Positions 40,445 through 50,355 of a DNA stretch of 64,000 bases are shown one piece after another (position 1 is the first letter of the stretch; each line of letters begins with the position of its first letter). This stretch comes from Pseudomonadales bacterium. Lineage in GTDB: Bacteria > Pseudomonadota > Gammaproteobacteria > Pseudomonadales > Pseudohongiellaceae. The stretch is from the NCBI GenBank assembly GCA_023268635.1, contig JALQUB010000077.1, forward strand, positions 34,283-98,282, given 5' to 3'. The notes below the pieces were generated by a model. That model did not search any database. It worked only from the letters and a program-made list of their open reading frames with translations, and was not told where the DNA came from. Made by a program: the position numbers and the translations under genes.

Positions 40445-41257
40445 ATGGCAATGAGTAGCACTAAGAATTCGAATTCCTTGGTCACGCAATGTCCTAATTG
40501 TCATGCAAGAATAGAGCTATCTCGCCGCGCTAGCAGCTCAGCAGAGTCGCAGCTTCGTTGCGGCGCCTGCCTAAAATTATTCTCTCCAGTTGAAGTCTCA
40601 ACGCAAGGTTCGAAAAATGCGACAAATTCAAGCGCGGAAATACGGGCTCGGGCGTTAACGAAGGTTTTCTCAGCAGACACGCACTCAAGCGCGTTAGAAC
40701 CACTCACACACGATCCCACGCCGAACCTCGAAATCGACACTCTAGAACTCTCGGTGGCGCGCACGGCACCTTGGCAGAAAACTGCGAAATCCGTGGCCGG
40801 ATTTTTACTCGCGGCGCTGCTATTAACGAGCCTGGCAGCGCAGTACCTTTGGGCCAACAGAATTCACTACCAGCAACTCCCGAATTTTTATCCATTCTAT
40901 GTCACAGCCTGCAAATACGCCGGCTGTCAGGTACCACCCTATTCCGATATCGCCGCTATACGAGGAGAACGACTCGCCGTAGAGGCGGCTAGTGATGGCG
41001 GCAACACTCTAAGCGTTCAGTTTATCTTGGTGAATAACGCGCCGCTGCCACAAGCAGTGCCCGTGCTGATATTGAGCTTTGAGACTGCGGCCAACCGCAG
41101 CGTGGCACTGCGTGAATTTGCTCCCGCCGAATATTTACCAGAGAACAGACAACCAGAACGAGCCCTCTCCGCGGGGGAACGGATCGCGATACGGCTCGAT
41201 CTCATAGACCCCGGCCCCGACGCCGTGAACTATACACTCGCGTTCAGGGTGCTGTAA
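40445..41257 (+). CDS. Zinc-ribbon / DUF3426-type membrane protein
   Basis: N-terminal CPNC..(19 residues)..CGAC zinc ribbon, one TM helix (VAGFLLAALLLTSLAAQYLWA), and a C-terminal domain. It occupies the same position (prmA-X-dusB) as the Pseudomonas hypothetical gene. Start moved to the ATG at 40445. Confidence 0.65.
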   Translation: MAMSSTKNSNSLVTQCPNCHARIELSRRASSSAESQLRCGACLKLFSPVEVSTQGSKNATNSSAEIRARALTKVFSADTHSSALEPLTHDPTPNLEIDTLELSVARTAPWQKTAKSVAGFLLAALLLTSLAAQYLWANRIHYQQLPNFYPFYVTACKYAGCQVPPYSDIAAIRGERLAVEAASDGGNTLSVQFILVNNAPLPQAVPVLILSFETAANRSVALREFAPAEYLPENRQPERALSAGERIAIRLDLIDPGPDAVNYTLAFRVL

Positions 41258-41352
41258 GCGGTATCCACAGACCTTTCACTCAATCCAAGGCCCCGTTATT
41301 ATTAGCCTTATAGCGATTCCTGACTTCATCCACGAGACCTGAGAACTCAGCC

Positions 41353-42363
41353 TTGCAGCAAATCGGTCCCTACAAATTGCGCAACAACCTCTTCCTCGCA
41401 CCGATGGTCGGGGTATGTGACGCGCCTTTCCGTGAAATTTGTCACGAACAAGGCGCGGGCATTACTGTGGCGGAAATGCTGCCCTCGAGCAAAGAACTCT
41501 GGGAGAAAGAGCGACATCGACTACGCCAAATACGCGCGGACGTAAGCGGGCCACAGGTTATTCAAATCGCGGGTTCCGACCCTGCCATCATGGCCCTCGC
41601 GGCAAGACGCAATGCTGAACTAGGCGCCGATGCTATCGATATCAACATGGGATGTCCGGCGAAGAAGGTAATGAAGAAAGCCGCTGGCTCGGCACTACTC
41701 CGCGATACCGATCTGGTCGAGCGTATTCTCAAGGCAATCGTCGGTGCAGTTGAGGTGCCGGTGACGCTTAAAATTCGCACAGGTTGGTGCCCACAATCAC
41801 GCAATGGCGTCGAAATAGCGAAGATCGCGGAAGACTGTGGCATCCAACTACTCACCGTTCACGGACGCACCCGCGAATGCCGTTTCAAAGGCGCGGTTGA
41901 ATACGACACCATCGCGGCGATAAAACAGGCGGTCTCGATTCCCATTGTAGCGAACGGCGATATCGATTCACCTGAACGCGCAAAACACGTCCTCGCTCAC
42001 ACCGGCGCCGACGCGCTCATGATTGGTCGTGGCGCACAGGGTAGCCCGTGGATATTCCGCCAAATCGAGCGCTATCTCGAAGACGGCACCTTACTAGAAG
42101 CCCCCAACGCCCAAGAACGTTTCGAACTGACACGAAGCCATCTTACTAAATTGCACGCCTTCTACGGCGACAAACGTGGATCGCTCTATGCTCGCAAGCA
42201 TGTCAGCGGCTATGTGGATGGACTTATCGGTGCGCGTGAATTTATGCAACAATTCAATGCCGTCGTCGACGCACAGGAACAACTTGATTTAGTCGACGCC
42301 TTTTTCACACAGATCATTAGCCAGCAAGGCTCACGTTCTGCAAAATCTGAGATAGCCGCATGA
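41353..42363 (+). CDS. dusB: tRNA-dihydrouridine synthase B
   Basis: LAPMVGVCDAPFR, DINMGCPAKKV, HGRTRECRF blocks. TTG start. The ATGA overlap with fis preserves the conserved dusB-fis pair. Confidence 0.85.
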   Translation: MQQIGPYKLRNNLFLAPMVGVCDAPFREICHEQGAGITVAEMLPSSKELWEKERHRLRQIRADVSGPQVIQIAGSDPAIMALAARRNAELGADAIDINMGCPAKKVMKKAAGSALLRDTDLVERILKAIVGAVEVPVTLKIRTGWCPQSRNGVEIAKIAEDCGIQLLTVHGRTRECRFKGAVEYDTIAAIKQAVSIPIVANGDIDSPERAKHVLAHTGADALMIGRGAQGSPWIFRQIERYLEDGTLLEAPNAQERFELTRSHLTKLHAFYGDKRGSLYARKHVSGYVDGLIGAREFMQQFNAVVDAQEQLDLVDAFFTQIISQQGSRSAKSEIAA

Positions 42364-42749
42364 TCGATCACGACGAAGAGAAGCTCGACGAAATCTTCGG
42401 CGTCGATGAAGGCGATTCAGACCAAGGCATCGATCTCCCCGCTTTCTCTACGTCCATACTCGAGGAAACCAAGAGTATCCGGGAGGCGCTCCATCTCGAC
42501 GAATTGAGGCCCCAGAAAAGCGCACTGACCTTGCGAGAGCAAGTCTCGAAGTCAGTTGAGAGTTATTTCGAACTGATGGAGGGCGAACAAGCGAGCGATC
42601 TCTATCAATTAGTCCTGGCCGAAGTCGAAGCCCCATTACTGGCCGCGGTAATGCGCCATACACGCGGCAATCAGAGCAAGGCTGCTATCGTCCTAGGGGT
42701 CAATCGTGGTACTCTTCGCACGAAGTTAAAGCAGTACAATTTGCTGTAA
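42360..42749 (+). CDS. fis: Fis-family DNA-binding protein with an extended acidic N-terminus
   Basis: The C-terminal 70 aa align with E. coli Fis (DLYQLVLAEVEAPLL..VM..TRGNQSKAA..LG.NRGTLR.KLK.Y). Confidence 0.85.
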   Translation: MIDHDEEKLDEIFGVDEGDSDQGIDLPAFSTSILEETKSIREALHLDELRPQKSALTLREQVSKSVESYFELMEGEQASDLYQLVLAEVEAPLLAAVMRHTRGNQSKAAIVLGVNRGTLRTKLKQYNLL

Positions 42750-42865
42750 ATCGACTGAGAATCTCTCAACGCTTCCTGCCGAAGCCGAGGCCGCCGCAAC
42801 AGCGAGCAGTCATTTCAGTAATCCCACGAAAACTCAATTTCAGTCACTAGAAAAGAAGCCACGCT

Positions 42866-44452
42866 ATGTCCTCAGAATCTCCTGTCGCCATCCGCCGAGC
42901 CTTGCTAAGCGTCTCCGACAAATCTGGCCTCGTGCCATTCGCAAAATCCCTCGCCGAACTCGGTATTGAACTCCTCTCCACCGGGGGCACTTATAAGCTA
43001 CTACGTGACGAGGGCATCCCTGCAATCGAGATCTCTGAATACACTGGCTTCCCTGAGATGATGGATGGCCGTGTGAAGACCCTGCACCCGAAAGTGCATG
43101 GCGGCATCCTCGCGCGCCGAGACCAAGATCAGGCGGTGATGGATGAACACAATATTCCACCCATCGACCTCGTCGTTGTAAATCTGTATCCCTTCGAAGC
43201 CACCGTCGCCAAGCCCGACTGTGACCTACCCACGGCCATCGAAAACATCGATATCGGCGGGCCAACGATGTTGCGCGCCGCGGCGAAAAACAATCGTTTC
43301 GTCACAGTAGTCGTCAATCCTTCGGACTACGACTCACTCATCGAGCAATTACAAGCAAACGACTGTAGCCTCGACCAAACGACCCGCTTCGACTTCGCCG
43401 TCAAGACTTTCGAGCACACCGCCGCTTATGATGGTGCGATTGCAAATTATCTGGGTGCCAAGTTACCCAGCGACGCTGAAATCCCCTCGGCGTTGCCACG
43501 CACATTCAATAGCCAATTTATCAAAGCGCAGGACATGCGCTATGGCGAGAACCCACATCAGGCAGCCGCCTTCTACGTCGAACGCGAACCATCCGAGGCT
43601 AGCATCAGTACCGCTAGGCAGCTCCAGGGCAAGGCGCTCTCCTATAACAACATCGCCGATACGGACGCAGCGCTGGAATGCGTAAAAGAATTTTCTGAAC
43701 CTGCCTGTGTCATCGTTAAGCATGCTAACCCTTGCGGTGTCGCCATAGCGGCAACGCCCGTCGAGGCATATGAACGCGCATTCCAAACCGATCCGACGTC
43801 CGCTTTCGGTGGAATCATCGCCTTCAACCGTGAACTCGATGCAGAAACCGCACAGCGCATCGTCAACCAACAGTTCACGGAGGTGATTATCGCCCCTTCA
43901 GTCTCCGCGGAAGCGCTTGCAATCACTGCCGCGAAGCAAAACGTCCGAGTACTGAGCTGCGGCCAGTGGCCTAGCACTCGCATCGGCGGGCTAGACTACA
44001 AGCGTGTGAATGGCGGATTGTTAGTGCAGGATCGAGACATCGCCACCGTCAGCGCGGCGGACTTAAAACAAGTCAGCGCACGCGCTCCAAGCGACTCTGA
44101 ATTACGCGACCTCCTCTTCGCATGGTCGGTCGCTCAGTACGTCAAATCTAACGCGATCGTCTATTGTAAAAACTTACAGACCATAGGCGTAGGCGCCGGT
44201 CAGATGAGCCGAGTGTACAGCGCTCGCATCGCTGGCATTAAGGCGGCGGATGAAAATCTCATCGTCGAAGGTTCGGTGATGGCATCCGATGCCTTCTTCC
44301 CATTCCGAGACGGTATCGACGCAGCGGCAGCGGCAGGAATTACTGCGGTCATTCAGCCAGGTGGCTCAATGCGTGACGACGAAGTCATCGCGGCGGCCGA
44401 CGAGGCAAATATTGCAATGGTCTTCACCGGCATTCGCCATTTCCGCCACTAA
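42866..44452 (+). CDS. purH: Bifunctional AICAR transformylase / IMP cyclohydrolase
   Basis: [30 protein letters not shown], and the C-terminal F.G.RHFRH. Confidence 0.9.
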   Translation: MSSESPVAIRRALLSVSDKSGLVPFAKSLAELGIELLSTGGTYKLLRDEGIPAIEISEYTGFPEMMDGRVKTLHPKVHGGILARRDQDQAVMDEHNIPPIDLVVVNLYPFEATVAKPDCDLPTAIENIDIGGPTMLRAAAKNNRFVTVVVNPSDYDSLIEQLQANDCSLDQTTRFDFAVKTFEHTAAYDGAIANYLGAKLPSDAEIPSALPRTFNSQFIKAQDMRYGENPHQAAAFYVEREPSEASISTARQLQGKALSYNNIADTDAALECVKEFSEPACVIVKHANPCGVAIAATPVEAYERAFQTDPTSAFGGIIAFNRELDAETAQRIVNQQFTEVIIAPSVSAEALAITAAKQNVRVLSCGQWPSTRIGGLDYKRVNGGLLVQDRDIATVSAADLKQVSARAPSDSELRDLLFAWSVAQYVKSNAIVYCKNLQTIGVGAGQMSRVYSARIAGIKAADENLIVEGSVMASDAFFPFRDGIDAAAAAGITAVIQPGGSMRDDEVIAAADEANIAMVFTGIRHFRH

Positions 44453-44485
44453 TATTTGGATCAACGATTTTCAGGAAATTAAACT

Positions 44486-45775
44486 ATGAAGGTGTTAGTC
44501 ATAGGCAGCGGCGGTCGCGAACACGCCTTAGCTTGGAAAGCGTCTCTTTCGCCCGCCGTCTCTGAAGTTTTTGTTGCTCCAGGAAATGCCGGGACGGCAC
44601 GCGAGCCAAACTTAAGCAATGTCGCGATTGACTCATTAGATTTTGCCGCACTCACACAGTTCGTTGAGAAGAATGAGATTGCGCTCACTATCGTCGGGCC
44701 GGAAGCGCCTCTAGTCGCCGGTATCGTGGATTATTTCCGCGAGCGTGGGCTAGCCTGTTTCGGTCCGAGTAAGGCAGCGGCACAGCTCGAAGGCTCTAAA
44801 TCCTTCACCAAAGATTTTCTTAAGCGCCACGGCATCCCCACCGCGAGCTATCAGACCTTTACCGAGGTCGAGGCAGCCAAGGATTATATTCGCAGCGAAG
44901 GCGCCCCTATAGTCATCAAGGCTGACGGACTCGCGGCGGGCAAAGGCGTCGTCGTCGCAATGACCGAGGCGGAAGCCGAGGACGCTGTGGATGACATGCT
45001 CGCCGGCAATAAATTTGGTGACGCGGGCCACCGCGTAGTCATTGAAGGTTTTCTCGCTGGCGAGGAAGCGAGCTTCATCGCCATGGTTGATGGCAAAAAC
45101 ATTTTGCCAATGGCGACCTCCCAAGATCACAAGGCGCGTGATGATGGCGACAAAGGTCCTAACACGGGTGGCATGGGTGCCTATTCCCCTGCCCCTGTGG
45201 TGACCGATGAGATTTATGCCCGTGTCATGGACGAAATCATTCGACCCACAGTGGAGGGCATGGCGGCGGACGGGAACACCTACACAGGATTTCTGTATGC
45301 GGGTCTCATGATTTCACCCGAGGGCGACATCAACGTCGTAGAATTTAACTGCCGCTTCGGTGACCCAGAGGCTCAGCCCGTCATGATGCGCTTACAGTCG
45401 GATTTAGTGCAGCACTGCCTAGCGGCCGTCAATGGCACACTCGACTCACAGACCGCTGAATGGGATCCACGCCGATCGGTCGGTGTCGTGTTGGCCGCTG
45501 GAGGCTATCCCGATTCCTACGAGAGCGGCGACGAAATCAGTGGGCTTGATTCACTCGCGGAAAGCACCGAGGCAAAAGTTTTTCACGCGGGCACTGCCCT
45601 CGATGGCGACCGTGTTGTCACCTGTGGCGGCCGAGTCCTATGCGCCGTCGCGCTGGGCGACTCGGTTGCACAAGCGCAAGCTCGCGCCTATGATTTGGCG
45701 AAGAGTATTCGTTGGAACAATGTTTATTCACGCAGCGATATCGCATACCGCGCCATCGCTCGCGAACAGGCCTGA
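44486..45775 (+). CDS. purD: Phosphoribosylamine--glycine ligase
   Basis: [39 protein letters not shown]. Confidence 0.9.
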   Translation: MKVLVIGSGGREHALAWKASLSPAVSEVFVAPGNAGTAREPNLSNVAIDSLDFAALTQFVEKNEIALTIVGPEAPLVAGIVDYFRERGLACFGPSKAAAQLEGSKSFTKDFLKRHGIPTASYQTFTEVEAAKDYIRSEGAPIVIKADGLAAGKGVVVAMTEAEAEDAVDDMLAGNKFGDAGHRVVIEGFLAGEEASFIAMVDGKNILPMATSQDHKARDDGDKGPNTGGMGAYSPAPVVTDEIYARVMDEIIRPTVEGMAADGNTYTGFLYAGLMISPEGDINVVEFNCRFGDPEAQPVMMRLQSDLVQHCLAAVNGTLDSQTAEWDPRRSVGVVLAAGGYPDSYESGDEISGLDSLAESTEAKVFHAGTALDGDRVVTCGGRVLCAVALGDSVAQAQARAYDLAKSIRWNNVYSRSDIAYRAIAREQA

Positions 45776-45801
45776 GCAGAAAGGATTGGAAGGACAGAGC
45801 G

Positions 45802-46449
45802 ATGAATAAGAGCTTACACCACAGCTTTCTCGACCGCGCTTTAATCGGCTTCGACCAGGCGCTGCGTACTTGTACACCGGGCGCAAGCCAAGGTCGTCGC
45901 CAATCCCCTGCCAGTACCGCGAAAGAAACCGAGATGAGCGAGGCGGAATGCAAGCATGCCGCCGGACTGATGCGGATCAACCACACGGGAGAAGTGTGTG
46001 CGCAAGCGCTCTACCAAGGGCAGGCCGCGACGGCTAAATTGCCTGACGTGCGGGAGTCAATGGAAGAAGCCGCGGCCGAAGAGATCGATCACCTACAATG
46101 GTGTGAACAACGACTCGAACAGCTAGGCAGTCAAACGAGCCTGTTTAATCCACTGTGGTACGGATTGTCTTACGGCATCGGCGCCGCTGCGGGATTAGCT
46201 GGAGATCGTTGGAGTCTCGGCTTTGTCGCCGAGACCGAGCAGCAGGTTTGCGAGCACCTCCGTGACCATCTCGAGCAACTCCCCGAAGAAGACGCTCGTA
46301 GCCGCGCGATCATCGAACAAATGATTATCGATGAGGAACATCACGGCGAGACAGCGCTCGCCGCCGGTGGTGCCCCCCTGCCAGCCCCAGTTAAATGGGC
46401 GATGACCGCGATGTCGCAAGTCATGAAGAAGACCACCTATCGGCTTTAA
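45802..46449 (+). CDS. coq7: Demethoxyubiquinone hydroxylase (di-iron Coq7 family)
   Basis: Di-iron carboxylate motifs (E..H pairs: EEIDHL, DEEHH) and [17 protein letters not shown]. Start moved to the ATG at 45802, which has an upstream AAGGA. The track ORF start lies inside purD. Confidence 0.8.
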   Translation: MNKSLHHSFLDRALIGFDQALRTCTPGASQGRRQSPASTAKETEMSEAECKHAAGLMRINHTGEVCAQALYQGQAATAKLPDVRESMEEAAAEEIDHLQWCEQRLEQLGSQTSLFNPLWYGLSYGIGAAAGLAGDRWSLGFVAETEQQVCEHLRDHLEQLPEEDARSRAIIEQMIIDEEHHGETALAAGGAPLPAPVKWAMTAMSQVMKKTTYRL

Positions 46450-46464
46450 CGAGTCAGCCCGTCA

Positions 46465-46884
46465 CTAGGCTTCGATCACTTCAAAATCATGTGTCACTTT
46501 CACACCCGCCTGTGCCAGCATAATGGATGCGGAGCAGTATTTGTCGGCGCTTAATTCGACGGCGCGCTCCACCTGCTTCTCACTCAAGCCCTTGCCCGTT
46601 ACCTTGAAATGCAGATGAATCGATTCGAATACTGCGGGCACTGCATCGACTCTTTCCGCCGAGACGAGCGCCTCGCAACCTGTAATGTCCTGTCGCGCCT
46701 TCTTCAGAATCGTCACCACGTCGTAGCTTGAGCAACTGCCAACTGCCAATGCCATTAACTCCATAGGTCGCATGCCCATATTACGTCCCCCTCCTTCCGG
46801 AGCCCCATCCAGGACGATCGCATGGCCGCTGCCAGACTCAGCAACAAACATGACATTCTCAACCCACTTTACGCGCGCTTCCAT
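46465..46884 (-). CDS. OsmC-family peroxiredoxin-like protein
   Basis: About 139 aa with two conserved Cys (VGSCSSYD, DKYCSAS). Start moved to the ATG at 46884, preceded by GAAAGGAAG. Confidence 0.7.
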   Translation of the reverse strand: MEARVKWVENVMFVAESGSGHAIVLDGAPEGGGRNMGMRPMELMALAVGSCSSYDVVTILKKARQDITGCEALVSAERVDAVPAVFESIHLHFKVTGKGLSEKQVERAVELSADKYCSASIMLAQAGVKVTHDFEVIEA

Positions 46885-47083
46885 AATTCTTCCTTTCTCT
46901 AAAACGTGATCCAATTCTCATTTTTAATAAGAGCCAAGCCAAACACTCGAAACACCATTAAACAGCTATGCTCTAATACTACCGTCAAGGTGGTGATGGA
47001 TTCCAAGCGCGAAGCACGCATGGTATATCTAGCCCTGATAAACAATCTCGACTCACCGGCTACGCCAAGCTTAAGGAGTAACG

Positions 47084-47719
47084 ATGGCATTGCAAGCGAT
47101 CACACCGCACATCAGCGACCTCGATAATTTTCTTTCGCATTGCCATCGTCGCCGCTATCCCAATCGAGCCACCATTATCTACGAAGGTGATTCCTGCGAC
47201 ACGCTGTATTACATCGTGACCGGCTCGGTTTCTGTGGTGCTCGAAGACGACGATGGCAAAGAAGCCATTGTCGCTTATCTCAATCCCGGCGATTTCTTCG
47301 GCGAAATGGGTTTATTCGAACAGGCGGGCGATAGAAGCGCCTGGTGTCGAACCCGCAATCAGAGTGAGATTGCGGAGATAAGCTACGCTAATTTTAACGC
47401 CTACGCCCGCAACCATCCCGAAGTCGTCTTCACCCTCGGGCGTCAGCTGGCGACTCGGCTTCGGAACACTACCCGCAAAGTAGGCGACCTCAGTTTCTTC
47501 GATGTCACCGGCCGCATTGCCCGCACGCTGATTGAGCTCAGCAAACAACCGGATGCCATGACGCACCCAGAGGGCATGCAGATCCGAATCACTCGTCAGG
47601 AAATCGGCCGCATCGTTAACTGTTCGCGTGAAATGGCTGGAAGAGTGCTCAAGAACTTAGAAGAGGAAAAGCTCATCTCCGTGAGCGGGAAAACCATCGT
47701 CGTGTTCGGTACTCGTTAG
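47084..47719 (+). CDS. crp: cAMP receptor protein (Crp/Vfr family)
   Basis: cNMP-binding block ([11 protein letters not shown]) and the C-terminal [23 protein letters not shown]. Strong RBS AAGGAG. Confidence 0.9.
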   Translation: MALQAITPHISDLDNFLSHCHRRRYPNRATIIYEGDSCDTLYYIVTGSVSVVLEDDDGKEAIVAYLNPGDFFGEMGLFEQAGDRSAWCRTRNQSEIAEISYANFNAYARNHPEVVFTLGRQLATRLRNTTRKVGDLSFFDVTGRIARTLIELSKQPDAMTHPEGMQIRITRQEIGRIVNCSREMAGRVLKNLEEEKLISVSGKTIVVFGTR

Positions 47720-48540
47720 GCTCCTGAAAACATTATTTCACGAAGCATCGCGCCCGGGCTGGGCGCCCGCATGAACGATTCCCCAACCAAGAACCCATAA
47801 ATTCCTCGATCCAACATCATCTGCACATCGGTGGCACTATGGATGCCGCTCTCCGTAATCACTACCTTGTCTGACGGAATGCTCGCAGCGAGCTCTATCG
47901 TCGTATTCAAGCTTGTCTCGAAGGTATGCAAATTCCGATTATTGATGCCTAGCAAGGGTGTTTCGAGCGTGAGCGCTGTTTCTAATTCTTCCGCATTGTG
48001 CACCTCGACCAACACATCGAGTCCGAGTTCCTGCGCATACGCGGCGAGATCTTGTAAGGCGGCCGAATCGAGCGCGGCGACAATCAACAGGATACAATCG
48101 GCACCCATCGCTCTCGCAGCAGCCACTTGATATCGGTCGACGATGAAATCTTTTCGGATGACGGGAATATCGCAAGCGGCGCGCGCGGCAATCAAATACT
48201 CATCATGCCCCTGGAAATACTCTCTATCCGTCAGCACCGAGAGACAAGCCGCACCGTTCGCCGCATAGTCTGCCGCGTGGGCGGCGGGATCGAAGTTGGC
48301 ACGGATCAGCCCTTTGGAAGGAGATGCCTTCTTTATTTCTGCGATGACCGCGACTTGATTACGCCGGATCCGAGAAACCATCGCATTCGCAAATCCTCGA
48401 ACAGGATCGGCAGCGCTCGCCCGAGACTCTAATTCGGCGAAACCGATTTCGCGCTTCGCGGCTTCTATTTCCTGCCACTTCGTTGCAATGATTTTTTCTA
48501 AAATAGTGCGCTCAGACACTGGGCTTCCTTTTCTTGGCAT
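47716..48540 (-). CDS. trpC: Indole-3-glycerol phosphate synthase
   Basis: [29 protein letters not shown] blocks. Confidence 0.9.
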   Translation of the reverse strand: MPRKGSPVSERTILEKIIATKWQEIEAAKREIGFAELESRASAADPVRGFANAMVSRIRRNQVAVIAEIKKASPSKGLIRANFDPAAHAADYAANGAACLSVLTDREYFQGHDEYLIAARAACDIPVIRKDFIVDRYQVAAARAMGADCILLIVAALDSAALQDLAAYAQELGLDVLVEVHNAEELETALTLETPLLGINNRNLHTFETSLNTTIELAASIPSDKVVITESGIHSATDVQMMLDRGIYGFLVGESFMRAPSPGAMLREIMFSGA

Positions 48541-48543
48541 CGC

Positions 48544-49572
48544 TCACTGAGCGAGAGACTGACTCAGCGTAGCGAGGGCTTCTAGCTTTTCTAGTGCTGC
48601 CCCGCTTCGCAATATTTCCTGTGCGCGCGCAACACCCGCGGCGAGATCGCCTTCGACACCTGACGCATAAATTGCTGCACCTGCATTGAGTGCGACGATG
48701 TCACCGGCGTCTTCGTTTTCGTAACACAGCGCCGCTCGCAGCATGTCGAGACTCTGCTGCGGAGAGTCTATTTTCAACATTTCCACAGAATTGCGGCGAG
48801 TCATACCGAACTCCTCAGGCGACACGACATACTCTAAGAATTCACCTTGTTTGAGCTCGCCCACATGAGTGTCGGCGGCGATGCTAATCTCATCCAAGCC
48901 ATCTTCCGCGGTAACGATAAGTACGTGTTCACTCCCAAGCCTCTTGAGCACATCGAGCAACACCGGAATCCAGTCCACGCTGTATACACCCATGACCTGA
49001 TTCGGCGCCCCCGCCGGATTGGTCAGTGGCCCCAACACGTTAAACACTGTGCGAACACCGATTTCTTTACGTGCCGCGATCACATGCTTCATCGCGCTGT
49101 GATGCGCTGGCGCGAACATAAAACCGACGCCGACTTCATTGATGCAGCGGGCAACTGCATCGGCAGACAAGCCGAGGGCGACGCCTGCAGCTTCAAGAAC
49201 ATCGGCACTGCCGCTCTTGCTCGAAGCGCCTCGATTGCCGTGTTTCGCCACCCGGGCGCCAGCGCAAGCCGCAACCAACGCAGAGGCGGTCGATACATTG
49301 AATTTATTAGAACCACTGCCGCCAGTGCCACAAGTGTCGACGAGGAACGAATGCTCCGTCAGCGGGACGGTCATCGCGAGTTCACGCATCACACTCGCTC
49401 CGCCGAACACTTCCTCGACAACAGGCCCCTTCATTTGCAAGGCGACTAGAAATGCCGCATTTTGCGCATCCGTGGTCTCTCCCGACATGATCGCGCGCAT
49501 CGCTTCTATCATCGCAGCACTGCTGAGGTCTTGACGCCTCATAAGCTGGGCGATCGTCGCCTTAATATCCAT
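48544..49572 (-). CDS. trpD: Anthranilate phosphoribosyltransferase
   Basis: DTCGTGGSGSNKFNVST and KHGNRGASSKSGSADVLEA blocks. Confidence 0.9.
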   Translation of the reverse strand: MDIKATIAQLMRRQDLSSAAMIEAMRAIMSGETTDAQNAAFLVALQMKGPVVEEVFGGASVMRELAMTVPLTEHSFLVDTCGTGGSGSNKFNVSTASALVAACAGARVAKHGNRGASSKSGSADVLEAAGVALGLSADAVARCINEVGVGFMFAPAHHSAMKHVIAARKEIGVRTVFNVLGPLTNPAGAPNQVMGVYSVDWIPVLLDVLKRLGSEHVLIVTAEDGLDEISIAADTHVGELKQGEFLEYVVSPEEFGMTRRNSVEMLKIDSPQQSLDMLRAALCYENEDAGDIVALNAGAAIYASGVEGDLAAGVARAQEILRSGAALEKLEALATLSQSLAQ

Positions 49573-49586
49573 TCTCTTCCAACCTC

Positions 49587-50177
49587 CTAGCGTTGAACGC
49601 TCGCATCCAGGAAATTTTTTAATAATTGATGGCCGTGTTCACTCAGAATCGATTCAGGATGAAACTGCACGCCTTCCACCAAAAAGTCTCTGTGACGAAC
49701 ACCCATAATCTCTTCGCGTTTGCCATCATCATCCAGCGCCCAAGCAGTTACTTCGAGACATTCTGGGAGGCTGCGCTGATCGATCACGAGCGAGTGGTAA
49801 CGAGTCGCCATGAAATGTTGTTCGAGCCCCTTAAAGACACCGATGTCATTGTGCTCGATTGGCGACAGCTTGCCGTGCATCACGCGTCCCGCTTTTACGA
49901 TGTCTCCGCCAAATACCTGACCTATGCTTTGGTGCCCGAGACAGATTCCTAATAGGGGGATTTGGCCCGCGAAATGACGGATGACATCCATGGAGATACC
50001 GGCCTCGTTTGGCGTACACGGGCCCGGTGAAATCACTATCTGCTGCGGAGAAAGCTCTTCAATCCGTTGGAGCGTAATCGCATCATTTCGATGCACCTCG
50101 ACATCCATGCCGAGCTCGCCCAAGTATTGGACGACGTTGTAAGTAAACGAATCATAATTGTCGATCATTAACAGCAC
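49587..50177 (-). CDS. trpG: Anthranilate synthase component II (glutamine amidotransferase)
   Basis: [21 protein letters not shown] (catalytic Cys), FHPES. GTG start at 50177; alternative ATG at 50168. Confidence 0.9.
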   Translation of the reverse strand: MLLMIDNYDSFTYNVVQYLGELGMDVEVHRNDAITLQRIEELSPQQIVISPGPCTPNEAGISMDVIRHFAGQIPLLGICLGHQSIGQVFGGDIVKAGRVMHGKLSPIEHNDIGVFKGLEQHFMATRYHSLVIDQRSLPECLEVTAWALDDDGKREEIMGVRHRDFLVEGVQFHPESILSEHGHQLLKNFLDASVQR

Positions 50178-50355
50178 GGCAAGTCCTCGGCGGCTCCCAT
50201 GCCGCTGCGGGTTTTCTTAGTCGCGAATAATAACAGCCTGCGAGGGAGCTGTCCCTGCCTGCCCCCTAGATAAAACACATGATCTGTTGGTGTCGGCTCG
50301 GCGTATCCATCAGGGTACACTCTCCCAATACCGCTACAGACTGAGTCTTTCCGCC

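Noticed and set aside
42750-42865. Possible ZTP/pfl riboswitch upstream of purH, PurR box upstream of purC (28318..28441) and glycine riboswitch upstream of the AGCS symporter (23641..23676)
   Set aside because: I could not find the conserved cores of these elements by eye. The purC leader has only a TTGCGT half-site-like fragment, and the AGCS leader is only 36 nt. An Infernal/Rfam scan would settle it.
45712-45801. N-terminal extensions of track ORFs into upstream genes: coq7 from 45712, the DUF3426 gene from 40334, phr from 50287, lptD from 56801, surA from 59513 and DPP-IV to 27248
   Set aside because: The extensions overlap the preceding gene or start at non-ATG codons without an RBS. 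Internal ATGs with RBS or signal peptides match the family N-termini better.
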